A stretch of DNA of 53,586 nt from Rhizaria sp. SCN 62-66 (Eukaryota): NCBI GenBank assembly GCA_001724265.1, contig MEDY01000304.1, positions 1 through 53,586 of the forward strand, read 5' to 3'. The first letter of the stretch is position 1; the number at the start of each line of letters is the position of its first letter. The position numbers and the translations under genes are program-made. Below, piece after piece: positions 9,450 through 20,042 of the stretch. Under the pieces are notes generated by a model, which did not search any database, was not told the DNA's origin, and saw only the letters and a list, made by a program, of their open reading frames with translations.

Positions 9450-12038
9450 ATGAGCGATAAAGATACTAGTACAGAAGATGCTGAAAGCAAAATCACCGCA
9501 ATCTTTGGCCGTGACCAATTCAACGCTTTTAACAGGCTGTCTGAGCTTGCTCTACGTCGCCTCCAGGCTGCGGTGGGCAGTGCAATGGCTTTATCTGCAA
9601 ATTGTGATGACTTGGTTGAGCTTGCGAAGGCGTTCTCCTCATATGGTCGCATTGACGTGATCCATGAGTGTGGAGTCCTCGAGCTGCTCTTGCAGTCAGT
9701 CGTATTCTCCGGCGACGTTGTCGGTGTCGCAACCAGCGACGCACGCAGTGCCGCAGCAGGCGCTGCTTTGGCGCGAATCCATATCATCATCCCACTGTGT
9801 CACGCGGTACTAGAATGCACGGGGGGCTCTGGCCTGCTTGCTGAGTACGGTGCTGTCGAGAAGCTCAGCTCTCTGTTCCCTTATCTCACTGCCGGCACTG
9901 CCAGGAACATGGTCGTCACACTGCTCAAGCTCGTCAATTCTGTTGCCGAAGCGTCGACCCTCAGTGCGCCTGCCCGGCGCGCCGCGCTGGCGCACCTGCT
10001 GTCGTACATGAGCCACGTCGAGCAGCAGGAGGAGGCCTACCCGCACCAGGGTGACATTAGCTACCACAACCTTGCGACGCAGCTGCTGGACACGCTGACC
10101 TCAAGCTCGGCGGCGGCAGACGCGGACGCGGAGCTCGAGCTTCCGTACTCTGCCGTGTCCGTCTTTGTCCCGTTGCTGCGCGGCATACTCCGGCGCCATC
10201 CAGAGGCCGCTATGACCCACCAGAACGTCCGCCTCTCCGCGTTTCACGTGCTGCGCCGTCTCTTTAGCAAGCGGGGCCGTGACGGCGAAACGGACGACGA
10301 CGCGCAACGCCGCAGTGACCTTGCAGACTTTGCGGGTAGTGACGAATTCGAGTTTTTGATCCTGGATTTCTTTAATTCGGGGCAGCTGAAGCAGTTCGTG
10401 GACATCTTTGACGACGATGCATTTGCGCGCGCTTTCACGAGCCGTCGCATTGAGCTCATTATTGCGAAACTTGACGCTAAACGTGGTCGCCCTCAGCAGC
10501 CAGGTAACTCACACATGAGTCTGCTTGAGGTCTTGGCGGCTCGTTCTCCTGCCTTTGCTCAGCGCCTCGCTTGCTTGCACGGGTTTGCGTTGACGCTCAA
10601 GGCCATGGATCATCAAAGTATGGGCGATCTTGCGATCGTCTGTCCTCTGCAGGGCAGCACACTTAACGTGTTTGAGAGCATTCTCGACTCGGCCAACGAC
10701 ATCTCGCGCGCAGCACAGCAGCTGCTTGCTAGCGGCGCCGTTAAGACTTGCTGCGCCTTCCTGATGCACTTTGTCATGCAGAACCCTGAGAAAGAAAAAT
10801 CGCCTGATGTCGCGTGGAGGTGCGCGGAGAACACCGCGCAGCTGCTGCGCCTGCTGCGCGTGATGATCTGCACCAGCGACACCGCGCCCGACCCCGCGGC
10901 GCGCGACGGCAGCGGCGTCACGGCGAGGAACCCCTTCGCGGCCCAGTTCGTCGCCGGGCGCGGGCCGCAGGCGCTCGCGCTGCTGCGCTACGACGGCTTC
11001 ATGCAGCAGCCCGACTTCGACTCGCTGCAGCGGGAGGCTGCGCAGCTGCGCGCACTGCTCGTGAAAATGGCCGTTGTCGCCCCTGACGCGCCCGCGGCGG
11101 CAGAGCTGCGCCAACAGGCGCTCGCGGGGCTGCGCGAGTTCACACAGGCCGAGGGTGACTGGCAGAAAGCGTTCAACGCGCACCTCGCATGCAGCCTGGA
11201 GGAGGCCGGCTACCCGCGGCGCATCTCGCACAACTTCTTCCTGGACAAGTTCGCCGCCCTGCCCGCGCCCGCGCGCGCCAGCGGCGCGCCGTCGGCCGCC
11301 GCGCTGCCGCTGCTGCAGGCCAAGGCGCGCGAGCGCCTGATAGCCTTCGCGCGGGAGAAACTGAGGCTGGGGCGCTGGGCGCCTGACGTGGTGCTGACGG
11401 CGCAGCTCCACGGCCCCGCGGAGGCGCAACGGGACGAGTACCGCATGGTCATCCGCCTCGATGACGCGCGCTTCCCCTGCAACGCCGCGCACTTCCGCGT
11501 CGCCGCGCTGGCGCAGGTGCTCGGCGACACGCTCCACACGTGCTTCGTGCCCCCCGGCGCCTCGGCCGCGGCGCTGCCGTTCGTCACGATGTACTGCAGT
11601 GACAACGAGGCGCCCACGTGCGTCACCGCGCCGCTGCTGCTGCCTGAGAGCGACATAGTCTACGGCGAGTACGCTGAGCCGACTGCGGCGGCGACGTACG
11701 CCGTAGGCACGGTGCTTACGTACCCGCGCACCATCGTCCCCGGCGAGATCATCAACCATGCTTGCTCATACGACGCGCCGTGGTTCATCGTCTTCAAGCC
11801 CTGTCCGGCGAGCCTGTTGCGCGGCGCCGTGCCCGTCGGCCGCGTGATGTCGTGCGTAGCGGGCGGGGAACCATCTGAGCACGACAGCGGGGACGCGCCC
11901 TTCGACGCCGCAGTGCTGGCGTGCTTTGAGACGCGCTGCCGGGCTGAGAGCTGCAGCGCGTGTCAGAACACGGTTGGGCTGACCGCGTCCTATAGGCCTT
12001 ATAAGCCCATGCAAGACGGAACAAACACGTCAATTTAA
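9450..12038 (+). CDS. 862-aa protein: helical (ARM-like) N-terminal region plus degenerate cyclophilin-like C-terminal domain
   Basis: Complex-sequence ORF ending in TAA. C-terminal blocks YRMVIRLDDARFPCNAAHFR, ESDIVYGE and PWFIVFKPCP..VPVGRV resemble the cyclophilin fold by eye. A probable 5'UTR intron spans 9266-9430 (GTACGT...GCACAG). Confidence 0.7.
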   Translation: MSDKDTSTEDAESKITAIFGRDQFNAFNRLSELALRRLQAAVGSAMALSANCDDLVELAKAFSSYGRIDVIHECGVLELLLQSVVFSGDVVGVATSDARSAAAGAALARIHIIIPLCHAVLECTGGSGLLAEYGAVEKLSSLFPYLTAGTARNMVVTLLKLVNSVAEASTLSAPARRAALAHLLSYMSHVEQQEEAYPHQGDISYHNLATQLLDTLTSSSAAADADAELELPYSAVSVFVPLLRGILRRHPEAAMTHQNVRLSAFHVLRRLFSKRGRDGETDDDAQRRSDLADFAGSDEFEFLILDFFNSGQLKQFVDIFDDDAFARAFTSRRIELIIAKLDAKRGRPQQPGNSHMSLLEVLAARSPAFAQRLACLHGFALTLKAMDHQSMGDLAIVCPLQGSTLNVFESILDSANDISRAAQQLLASGAVKTCCAFLMHFVMQNPEKEKSPDVAWRCAENTAQLLRLLRVMICTSDTAPDPAARDGSGVTARNPFAAQFVAGRGPQALALLRYDGFMQQPDFDSLQREAAQLRALLVKMAVVAPDAPAAAELRQQALAGLREFTQAEGDWQKAFNAHLACSLEEAGYPRRISHNFFLDKFAALPAPARASGAPSAAALPLLQAKARERLIAFAREKLRLGRWAPDVVLTAQLHGPAEAQRDEYRMVIRLDDARFPCNAAHFRVAALAQVLGDTLHTCFVPPGASAAALPFVTMYCSDNEAPTCVTAPLLLPESDIVYGEYAEPTAAATYAVGTVLTYPRTIVPGEIINHACSYDAPWFIVFKPCPASLLRGAVPVGRVMSCVAGGEPSEHDSGDAPFDAAVLACFETRCRAESCSACQNTVGLTASYRPYKPMQDGTNTSI

Positions 12039-12296
12039 TTTGAACTTAACCGGTAAGCTTATGATGAATTTCCAAGTGGCATCGCTCCTCGCTACCATGT
12101 TACGACAATATTGCTTACACAATGATGAAAGAATGATTTTTGAATGTATTTTTGTTAACAATATATTTGTGACACATAACTATAGAATAAAACAACAATG
12201 TAATAGATCAAAATGGCATACTAATCAACTTCATATCAGGGGACTAGTAAGCATCAGCTTGCAGCGGTCCGGCCAAGCACGCACGCGCTCTCTTGC

Positions 12297-14403
12297 TTAG
12301 CCGCGCCAGATCTTGAGGAGCTTGTCCTTGCCTCCGGAGGCGACGCGCTCTCCGTCGGGCGACCAGTCGACGGCGAAGACCTCGTCGGCGTGGCCCGGCA
12401 GGTCCTCGACCATCTTCTTCTTGGCCACGTTCCAGAGCTTGATGGTCGAGTCCTTGGAGGAGGACACGAGCAGGCGCGAGTCGGCGGACCAGGCAAGCTG
12501 GTACACGGCCTGCACGTGCCCGCGCAGTGCGGTGATGAACTTGCCCGTGGCGCCGGCCCACAGGCGCACGGACTTGTCGAAGGACGCCGATGCCAGGTGC
12601 ACGCCGTCGGGTGAGAAGGACACGAAGTTGACCGGCTGCTGGTGGCCCGTCAGCCGCGCCACGGGCTTGTCCGACGTCGCGGGCGACCAGAGGAAGATGG
12701 TGAAATCGTCCGAGCACGAGGCGAGCATCTCGTTGCCGCCGCTGGCCGCGGTCACCGTGGCGATCTTGCCCTCGCATAGAGCGCGGATCTGCGCGCGGTC
12801 CGCCGGCAGCTGGCCTTTGTAGTCGAACGGGCCCGTGCGCAGCGCGTACTCGGTGTTGGTCGTCAGTGAGTTGACCCAGTGCGCGTGCCCGTCGAGCTGG
12901 CGCAGCAGGCGCCGCTGGGCCACGTCCCAGACCTTGATGCCGCGGTCCTGGCCAGCGCTGTAGAGCAGCCCGGCCGCGCCCCACTTGAGCGCACGCAGCG
13001 GCTGCGTGTGGCCCGAAAAGGTGACGAGCTGCTGCGAGCGCGCCGTGTCCCAGAGCCGCACGGTGCCGTCCTTGGAGGCCGAGGCGAGGCGCATCTGCGC
13101 GCCCGCCACGAGCAGCGCCGCCGACTGCGTGGCCGGCAGCACGTGCGCGGCGCGCGCGCGCGCGGGCACCCAGGCCCCCGCGGCCACGGCGGCCTCGTGC
13201 GCCTCGGCGGCGGCCGCGGCGCGCTCCTCGGCGCCCTCGAGCGAGGAGCCGTCGGCGGAGACGCCCTCGCCCGCGCGCAGCGGCACCTTGGCGGCCTTGG
13301 AGCCCAGCTTGGGTGCGGCCACGGGCTCGGCACCGGCGGCGGCGGCGGAGCCCGCGGCGGCGGCGGCGGCGAAGGCAGGAACCTCGTCGCCGGCGAGCTG
13401 CAAGCGCGTGACGAGCGGCTCCCAGGCCAGCGCCGTGACGGGCTGGCGGTGGCCCTTCATGGGCTTGCCGACCATGCAGCCGCGCGCGACGTCCCACACG
13501 CGCACGTCGCCGTCCATGCCCGCCGAGGCCAGGTAGTGGCCGCACGGCGACCAGGCCACGGCCAACACCCAGTTAGTGTGGCCCTTGAGCGTGACCTTGG
13601 GCGTCTCGGTGTTGGTGTCCCAGAGGCGCACGGTGCCGTCGCCGCCGCCCGATGCGAGGTGCTGGCCGTCGGCCGAGAAGGACACGTGCAGGATGGCCTC
13701 GGTGTGACCCGGCAGCGACGACGTGCAGCGCGCGACCGAGTTGACGCGGAAGAGCGCCTGCGGGCGGTAGACGACGGGCAGCACGGCCTCGATGCTCTGC
13801 TCCTGCTTAAGCACGAGCGCCTGGAGCGAATCGACGATCTCCTCCTCGTTGAGGAAGAAGGCGTACGGCAGCGGGTCCTCGTTCTCCAGCAGCGCGTTGA
13901 TCAGGTTGTGCAGCTGCGCAGGCGTCACGTCCTTAGGGATCTCGAGGCTGCTGCCCAGCGGCTCACCCGTCTCGGAGCGGAACTGGATCAGCAGCGTAGC
14001 GTGGTCGTCCAGCGCCGCCGCGGTCCCGCGCTTCGGCACGCCGCCCTGGTCGAACGCCTTGCGCTTCACCTGCGTGTGCGTCGGCGGGATAAACTGAAAC
14101 TATGCGTGGCAAAGAAGCACGAGAAAGCAATGTGAAGCAGAGACAGCAACAGCAATCGGGGGCATCAGCGAGAACACGCAGAATGCATGAAAGGAAGTGA
14201 GGAAAAAGGGAGAGGAGTGTGAGAGAGGAATGAGTGACAGATTTGAGAATTAAGCTCAGATTCTGATGCAATATGTACGCGAATTCGTCAAACCGTGGCA
14301 TGCAGACGAAAATAAACGTGGTTGATGGACCTGTGACGGAAATGCGTCGGGGCGAGAAGGAACAAGGCAAGAGCGGGCGAGAGGGCAAAGGACGTACACT
14401 CAT
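12297..14403 (-). CDS. NLE1: Notchless/Rsa4 WD40 60S biogenesis factor (592 aa); exons 14403-14398 and 14069-12297
   Basis: NLE ubiquitin-like domain (QFRSETGE...LPYAFF...YRPQALFRV) followed by WD40 repeats with GHAHWVN, SDDFTIFLW and DLPGHADEVFAVDWSPDG. Phase-0 intron GTACGT...CGCAG joins MS to VKRK. Confidence 0.95.
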
Positions 14404-15067
14404 GGCGAGAAAGGGCTCGGCAAACGAACTTGTGGATTAAACGTTGATAAACAAACTGATAAAATGATGCTAAAGCTCCGAGTTCTGTGAAACCTGACGC
14501 TTCTGTTGGCACAAGAAACCGCTTTGCGAGTGGTCTTCACTTGCTCTCTCACTCGAGCCCAGAGCCGCTCGTCGGTCCTCGGGTTGACCGGCGGCCGGCC
14601 GGTCACTCTGACCACAAAAGAAATTTACTTTTGAATTGTCGATATGTCTTCGTATCTGCGCGCTTCGGAAAGAAAACAACTTGATCCTGGTGGCTCAAGC
14701 ATCGTTATTTGCTATGTCAAGTTATTGTAAGTTGTTGATGTTGAGTACGTAAATATTGCGAAATCCAATAGGTGAGATGCGTAATAAAATAGGAGCAACT
14801 TAGGAAGCATTTTGTATTCATTGTGACGTTAAAGATCAATTCATTGTCAAAAAACACATTCTCATCGCTTCGCTTGTGTGCAGTAGCAGCAGCCGCGGTG
14901 GCCCACGCCTCGCACGCGCAGACGCGGCGGCGACATCAGTCCCGGCGACGGCGCGAGCGCTGTTGAAGCGGTCGCGCCATCCAGCCGGACGTCGCCGTCC
15001 GTCGTCCCGGCGCTTACAGTGAAAACCAGAGCACGGCTCAGTCAGTAAGCGAGCATCAGCAAGACGC

Positions 15068-15472
15068 TTAGTGGTGGCCGGGCCCGTGGTGGCCGGGGCC
15101 GCCGTGGCCGGGGCCGTGACCGGGGCCGGGAAGGTGGGGCGCGTGATGGGGCGCCTGGTGGGGGGCCGGGTGCGGCGCGGGGTGGCCGTGGGGGTGGGGG
15201 TGGTGCACCGGCGGAGGGGGCGCATGGTGAACATGGGGAGCGGGGTGCGAAGAGCCGTGGTGGCCGGGGGGGCCGTGGTGATCTGAAAAAGCAAGGGAAC
15301 AAGCAGGAAACAAGTCAGAAGCGAGTCAGAGCAGGCACGTGGAAGGGGAAGGGAGGCAGGATTTGCTTAACATGTCGGAGATTAGCGCCAAGGAGAGCAG
15401 TGAACAGGGATTGAACTTAATATTCGTAGATGATCAGCTAAGGGACGTACGGGGGTTGTGACCGTGGTTCAT
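15068..15472 (-). CDS. 78-aa His/Pro/Gly-rich microprotein; exons 15472-15451 and 15282-15068
   Basis: ATG AAC CAC GGT CAC AAC CCC C|GTACGT...ttttcag|AT CAC CAC. The phase-1 join rebuilds a His codon, and both exons share the same His-rich composition. Ends in TAA. Confidence 0.75.
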
Positions 15473-16126
15473 TCTGAAAGTGTCTGTGAGGCAAAAAATA
15501 AGGAAATGCAAACCATTCAAAGGCATGAAACGGGTGAGCCGAGGCCGATCTCGTATCTTCTCGTTACCGCGAGCAAATCCCCATGAAGGCGCGTTTTGTG
15601 AATTGAAAAATAGATTTCATAAAGTTTACTACCAGAAAAACTATCCGAATACATCTTTCCACAGCTGCATGTTTCAACACAGACCTGGCTGAGCTGGGCT
15701 CGGCCCGCTCGCGCCGACCCATCCAGGCCCTCGTCGATGGCACGCAGACAACTCTGAGTGCCTGGCTGTGCCGTCAAAAAGTGATGGCTCACTGATAGTG
15801 ACAAGCACTGGCGAAAACAACGAAAATGACTGCACAACTGGGATATGAAACTGTATTGCGAATAGATTCAGCATATAACAAGTCCAATGACTAAGGGCAA
15901 TATCATTTTGACATTGTAGATCATGAAGACGTCTGTAATGTACTCATAAACTCGCGTAATCATACAATTGAACCAAGATGCAGCGTGACTTGAACAGCAG
16001 AGCAGATAGCTCAGAGCCTCAATTACATGTCGCGGACACCAAACACAGCTGACCACCAAGAGGAATACATAGTAGTAGGGCGAACACAAAGACATGGCAT
16101 CCATTATGTTATCAGCCGCTCTCTGC

Positions 16127-17401
16127 TCACTCAGCCGCCTTCGCAGCCGCCACCGCAGTCTCAGCCTTCTTGTCCTCAGCCTTGTCCTCGACCTTCGCCT
16201 CAGCCTCGGTCTTGGTGTCAGCCTTGTCTTCGGTCTTGGCGGCGTCCTCGGTCTTGTCCTCAGCCTTTGTCGTCTTCTCCGTCTTATCGTCGTCAGCCTT
16301 ACTGGCCTCGCTCTTATTGGCCTCGCTCTTGCTAGCCTCGCTCTTACTAGCCTCGCTTTTATTGGCCTCGCCGCCGCTCTCAGTCTGCGCGGCCTGCGCG
16401 CTCTGCGCGGCCACGGCCGTCTCGGGCAGCATCTTGACGGCCTTGCCGATGGCAGCGTCGAGCGCGGCGGCCTCGGCGGGCGTGCGCACCTTGAAGAGCC
16501 ACGTGACCGGCGCGCCCGTCTCCGGCGCCAGCGCAGACACGCGTACGAAGCGGTCGTTGGTCACGGCGTGCGCCGCGCGCGCGAAGAGCGGCTGATTGCA
16601 CGCGATGCGGTGCGTGCGCTCCAACCGCAGCAGCAGCCGCGCGCGCACCGCCGCGCCCGCGGGCAGCTCGGCGGCCGCGGGCTCAGTGGAGGGCTGCGGG
16701 GCGAGTGGGAGCCCGGTGTCGGCGGCGACGACGACGGTGTTGACGTGCAGCTCGCCGAGCCCGCGCTCCTTGTAATCGCCGCCCTCGAGCACGTAACAGC
16801 GCGCCGTGCACGCGTGCAGCACGCGGTCCGCCTCGTCGCCCGCCGCCGCCGACACCGCCACGAACGCGCTGGCCGCACTGGGCTCCTCCTCCGCAACAGC
16901 AGCAGCAGCGGCGGCGGCGGCAGCAGCGGCAGAGTCGGCGGTCTTTGCACCGGCGTCGTCGGCCTTGGACGCGGCACTGTCAGGGCGAGAGCTGGAGCCA
17001 GAGCTAGAGCTCGCAGTCTCAGTCTCAGCCGCAGCAGGCGCAGGAGCGGGGGCGGGGGCAGGGGCGAGAGCTGGAGCGGCGATGCCCTGGGCCTTGAGCG
17101 CAGCGGCGAAGGGGTTGCTCACGGCGCCAAAGCGGGCCGCGAAGCCCGCGCCCGACGCCGCGCTGCCGCCGAAACCGGAGCCAGGCACCGCGGTCACATT
17201 CGCACTCGCAGCGCCAGCGCCAGCGCCAGTCGCAGAAGAGGAGGAGTCTGAGGCCTTGAAAGAGGGCGCAGCGGTGGCGAAGCGGGAGAAGCCGCCGAAG
17301 CCAGCGCCAGAGCCACTGCCACTGCTGCTGCCGAACGCGCCGCTGCTGCTGAAGTTGCTGCCGAACGGCGCGGTCGAGCTGGGGACGGCAGACGCGCTGT
17401 C

Positions 17402-17440
<39 letters not shown>

Positions 17441-18085
17441 GGTGGCGGCCGTAGTGGTGGCGGCCGCAGCGGCGGCGGCGGCGGCGGCAGAGGCGGGCGC
17501 GGCGCCGAACAGCAAAGCGACGGTCGAGGACGCAGACAGCAGCTCAGTGCTGCTCTTGCTCGCACTCGCTGCAGGCGCAGCAGCTGCGGTCGCGGCGACG
17601 ACAGGATTGGGCGAGGCTGCGGCAGTCGTATTAGCCGCAGGCTTCGTGAGGCCGAAGGAAAAGACGGGGGCCTTGGGCTTGGGGGCGAGGGCCTTCTCGG
17701 CGGCGGCCGCGGCGGCCTCGGGGCCCGACAGGCCGGCGGTGGCCGCGGCGCGCGGCACCAGCACCTTGCGCGAGCCGTCGGCCACGAGCCCAGTCTTGAC
17801 GCCGGCAGCAGCGCCGGCGCCGGGGCGGGACACGGCGGAGCCCGCGGTCTCCTCGGCGTCCTCGCGGGCCAGGTCGGCCTCGAAGCTGTCCTTCGTCAGC
17901 GGTCTGCGCAAAAAAAAACGAAATAGAAGAAACAGAGTTCCAGAGAGGGCGGCGCAGGGGTGTCGCAGGGCAGTGTTAGCGAAGAGAGAGCAACTCGTGG
18001 GTCAATGGTAGGGGAGGAATTGGGAGGGAAGAAAGCATTTTCAAGAAAGAAAAATATCAACGTACTGTTCTGCGCGGCGTTTCAT
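16127..18085 (-). CDS. NUP50: Nup50/Nup2-like nucleoporin (598 aa); exons 18085-18066 and 17903-16127
   Basis: Spliced N-terminus MKRRAEQPLTKDSFEAD matches the Nup50/Nup2 importin-alpha-binding pattern. Central FG motifs (FSFG, PFG, AFG, GFGG). C-terminal RanBP1-like domain (YKERGLGELHVN...RLLLRLERTHRIACN...WLFKV). Confidence 0.8.
16301..16372 (-). repeat. Coding pentapeptide repeat SEA[S/N]K (~5 copies) in the Nup50-like tail
   Basis: Translation EANKSEASKSEASKSEANKSEASK. Confidence 0.8.
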
Positions 18086-18193
18086 GTCTCCAGTTTGAAG
18101 TTGATCGTCCCTGACGATGAACTCAACTCACAACACACTGCTCCCTGATAGCCCTCATCATTGTAGTGGAGGCGGGACCGGCATGGAACAGGC

Positions 18194-18218
18194 ACCGACC
18201 GACCGACCGACCGACCGA
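18194..18218. repeat. (ACCG)6 microsatellite in the 275-bp divergent NUP50/EEF1G promoter region
   Basis: accgaccgaccgaccgaccgaccga seen directly. Confidence 0.9.
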
Positions 18219-18360
18219 GTGTCTCGAAAAGTTGTTTGTGGCTGGAACGGGGGCGGCTTGACTTTGAGGTCCTCGGTCGGCGGACTTACCCCAGCGAGAA
18301 GATGAGCCGCAGGGCGTTGAGCGAATCGTGAGATTCAGGCTCAGTTTCGTCTTAATTAAG

Positions 18361-20042
18361 ATGTCTGTGGTACGTTTCCGCGCAAGCGCCTTTTTTCTAT
18401 TTATTTTATGATCCTACGCTGCGTTTCCGCGACGCGGGCGCGCACACTGGCCCGGCTGAAATAGCCCTCGGCCGACTCTTGTGGAGTGATAGGGGGGCCG
18501 CTCGCGACGCCTCGAGGCTCGGCAAAGCCCAGCTGCACCGCGCTCGGAGTTCTCGCTTTGGAGTTGACATGCACCACCTAGCTCTGGTCTTGCCGTATGT
18601 GTTCGCCGCATTGCGTCCGCGATCCTGGAGCGCCCCGGCAGACAGAGTCCGCTTTTACCTATTCCAGGTACCAGAGCAACCTCAGCCCATCAAAAGAGCA
18701 CCTCCTGCGCTTTCCTCCGGCGCCGGTTTTGCACCTCTTGAGGGCCTGCTGTCCTTACTATTGATATTGTACTCCCCGGCATATTGCTCACGTGCTATTT
18801 CCTTTTATTGTTTTTGCCATGGACATGATTGATCACCTACCCCCCGCTTTTGCGCCTTGACAGAAGATCCACACTTACCCCACCAACTTCCGTGCCTTCA
18901 AGGCGCTCATCGCCGCCCAGTACGCTGGCGTCGCCGAGCAGGTCGAGGTCGTCCCCGTCGTCATGGGCGAGACCAACAAGACCCCCGAGTTCCTCGCTAA
19001 GTTCCCCCTCGGCAAGGTCCCCGCCCTCGAGACCCCCCAGGGCCCCATCTACGAGTCCAACGCCATCATGGCCTACGTCGCCAACATGAACGGCGCCGTC
19101 AACCTCTACGGTGACAACCTCTACGAGAAGGCTCTCTGCGAGCAGTGGATCAACTTCTGCACTTGCGAGATCGAGCCCGCCGTGATCGCCCTCCTCCTCC
19201 CCCACTACAACATCACCACCTTCAACGAGGAGACCTACGCCGGCGCCAAGGCCAACGTCTTCAAGGCCTTCGCCGTCCTCGACGCCCACCTCAAGAAGAA
19301 CACCTTCATGCTCGGCTCCAAGATCTCCGTCGCCGACTTCGCCGTCTTCTGCTCGATCAAGTTCCTCTACTCGCACATCCTCAACTCCGTCGTCCAGGCC
19401 GAGTACCCCTCCGTCAAGCGCTTCTTCGTCACCATCGCCAACCAGCCCAACGTCCTCAAGGTCTGCGGCGCCTCCGCGATCGCCACCGACGAGAAGGCCG
19501 CCCCCGGCCAGAAGGTCGTCAAGCCCAAGGTCGTCGTCGCCGCCAAGGTCGTCGAGGAGAAGAAGAAGAACCCCCTCGACCTCCTCCCCCCCACCACCGT
19601 CCGCCTCGATGACGTCAAGCGCTCCTTCTTCTCCTCGCGCCCCTTCAACCCCGACTTCTTCCCCGGCTTCTTCGACACCTTCGACCATGAGGGCTACTCG
19701 TTCTGGAAGCTCGAGTACCTCTACCCTGAGGACTGGGACTACGACTACGTCGCCGACAACCTCGTCTCCGGTTTCCTCAACCGCTGCGAGGCCACCCGCA
19801 AGTACTCCTTCGGCGTCGTCAACGTCACTGGCGCCAAGGCCGGCGAGTTCCGCGGCTTCGGTGTCGTCATCTTCCGCGGCAAGGAGATCATCGCCGAGAT
19901 GAAGGACGTCACCGACTACGACGAGTACAAGTTCGAGCCCCTCGACGTCACCACCGAGGCCGGCAAGAAGTACTTCCAGTCCTGCTTCTGCGACACCGAG
20001 ATCGACGGCAAGGAGGTCACCGTCCGCCGCTGGCTTAAGTAA
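18361..20042 (+). CDS. EEF1G: Translation elongation factor eEF1B-gamma (395 aa); exons 18361-18369 and 18864-20042
   Basis: MSV|KIHTYPTNFRAFKALIAAQY, GST-like domain (FLAKFPLGKVPALET...IYESNAI), then KNPLDLLP and the C-terminal gamma domain (EGYSFW...NLVSGFLNR...KYSFG). Strong C-ending codon bias typical of high expression. Intron GTACGT...GACAG. Confidence 0.96.

Noticed and set aside
18837-19688. 283-aa antisense ORF over EEF1G
   Set aside because: Expected from the strong codon bias of the sense gene, which avoids TTA/CTA/TCA.
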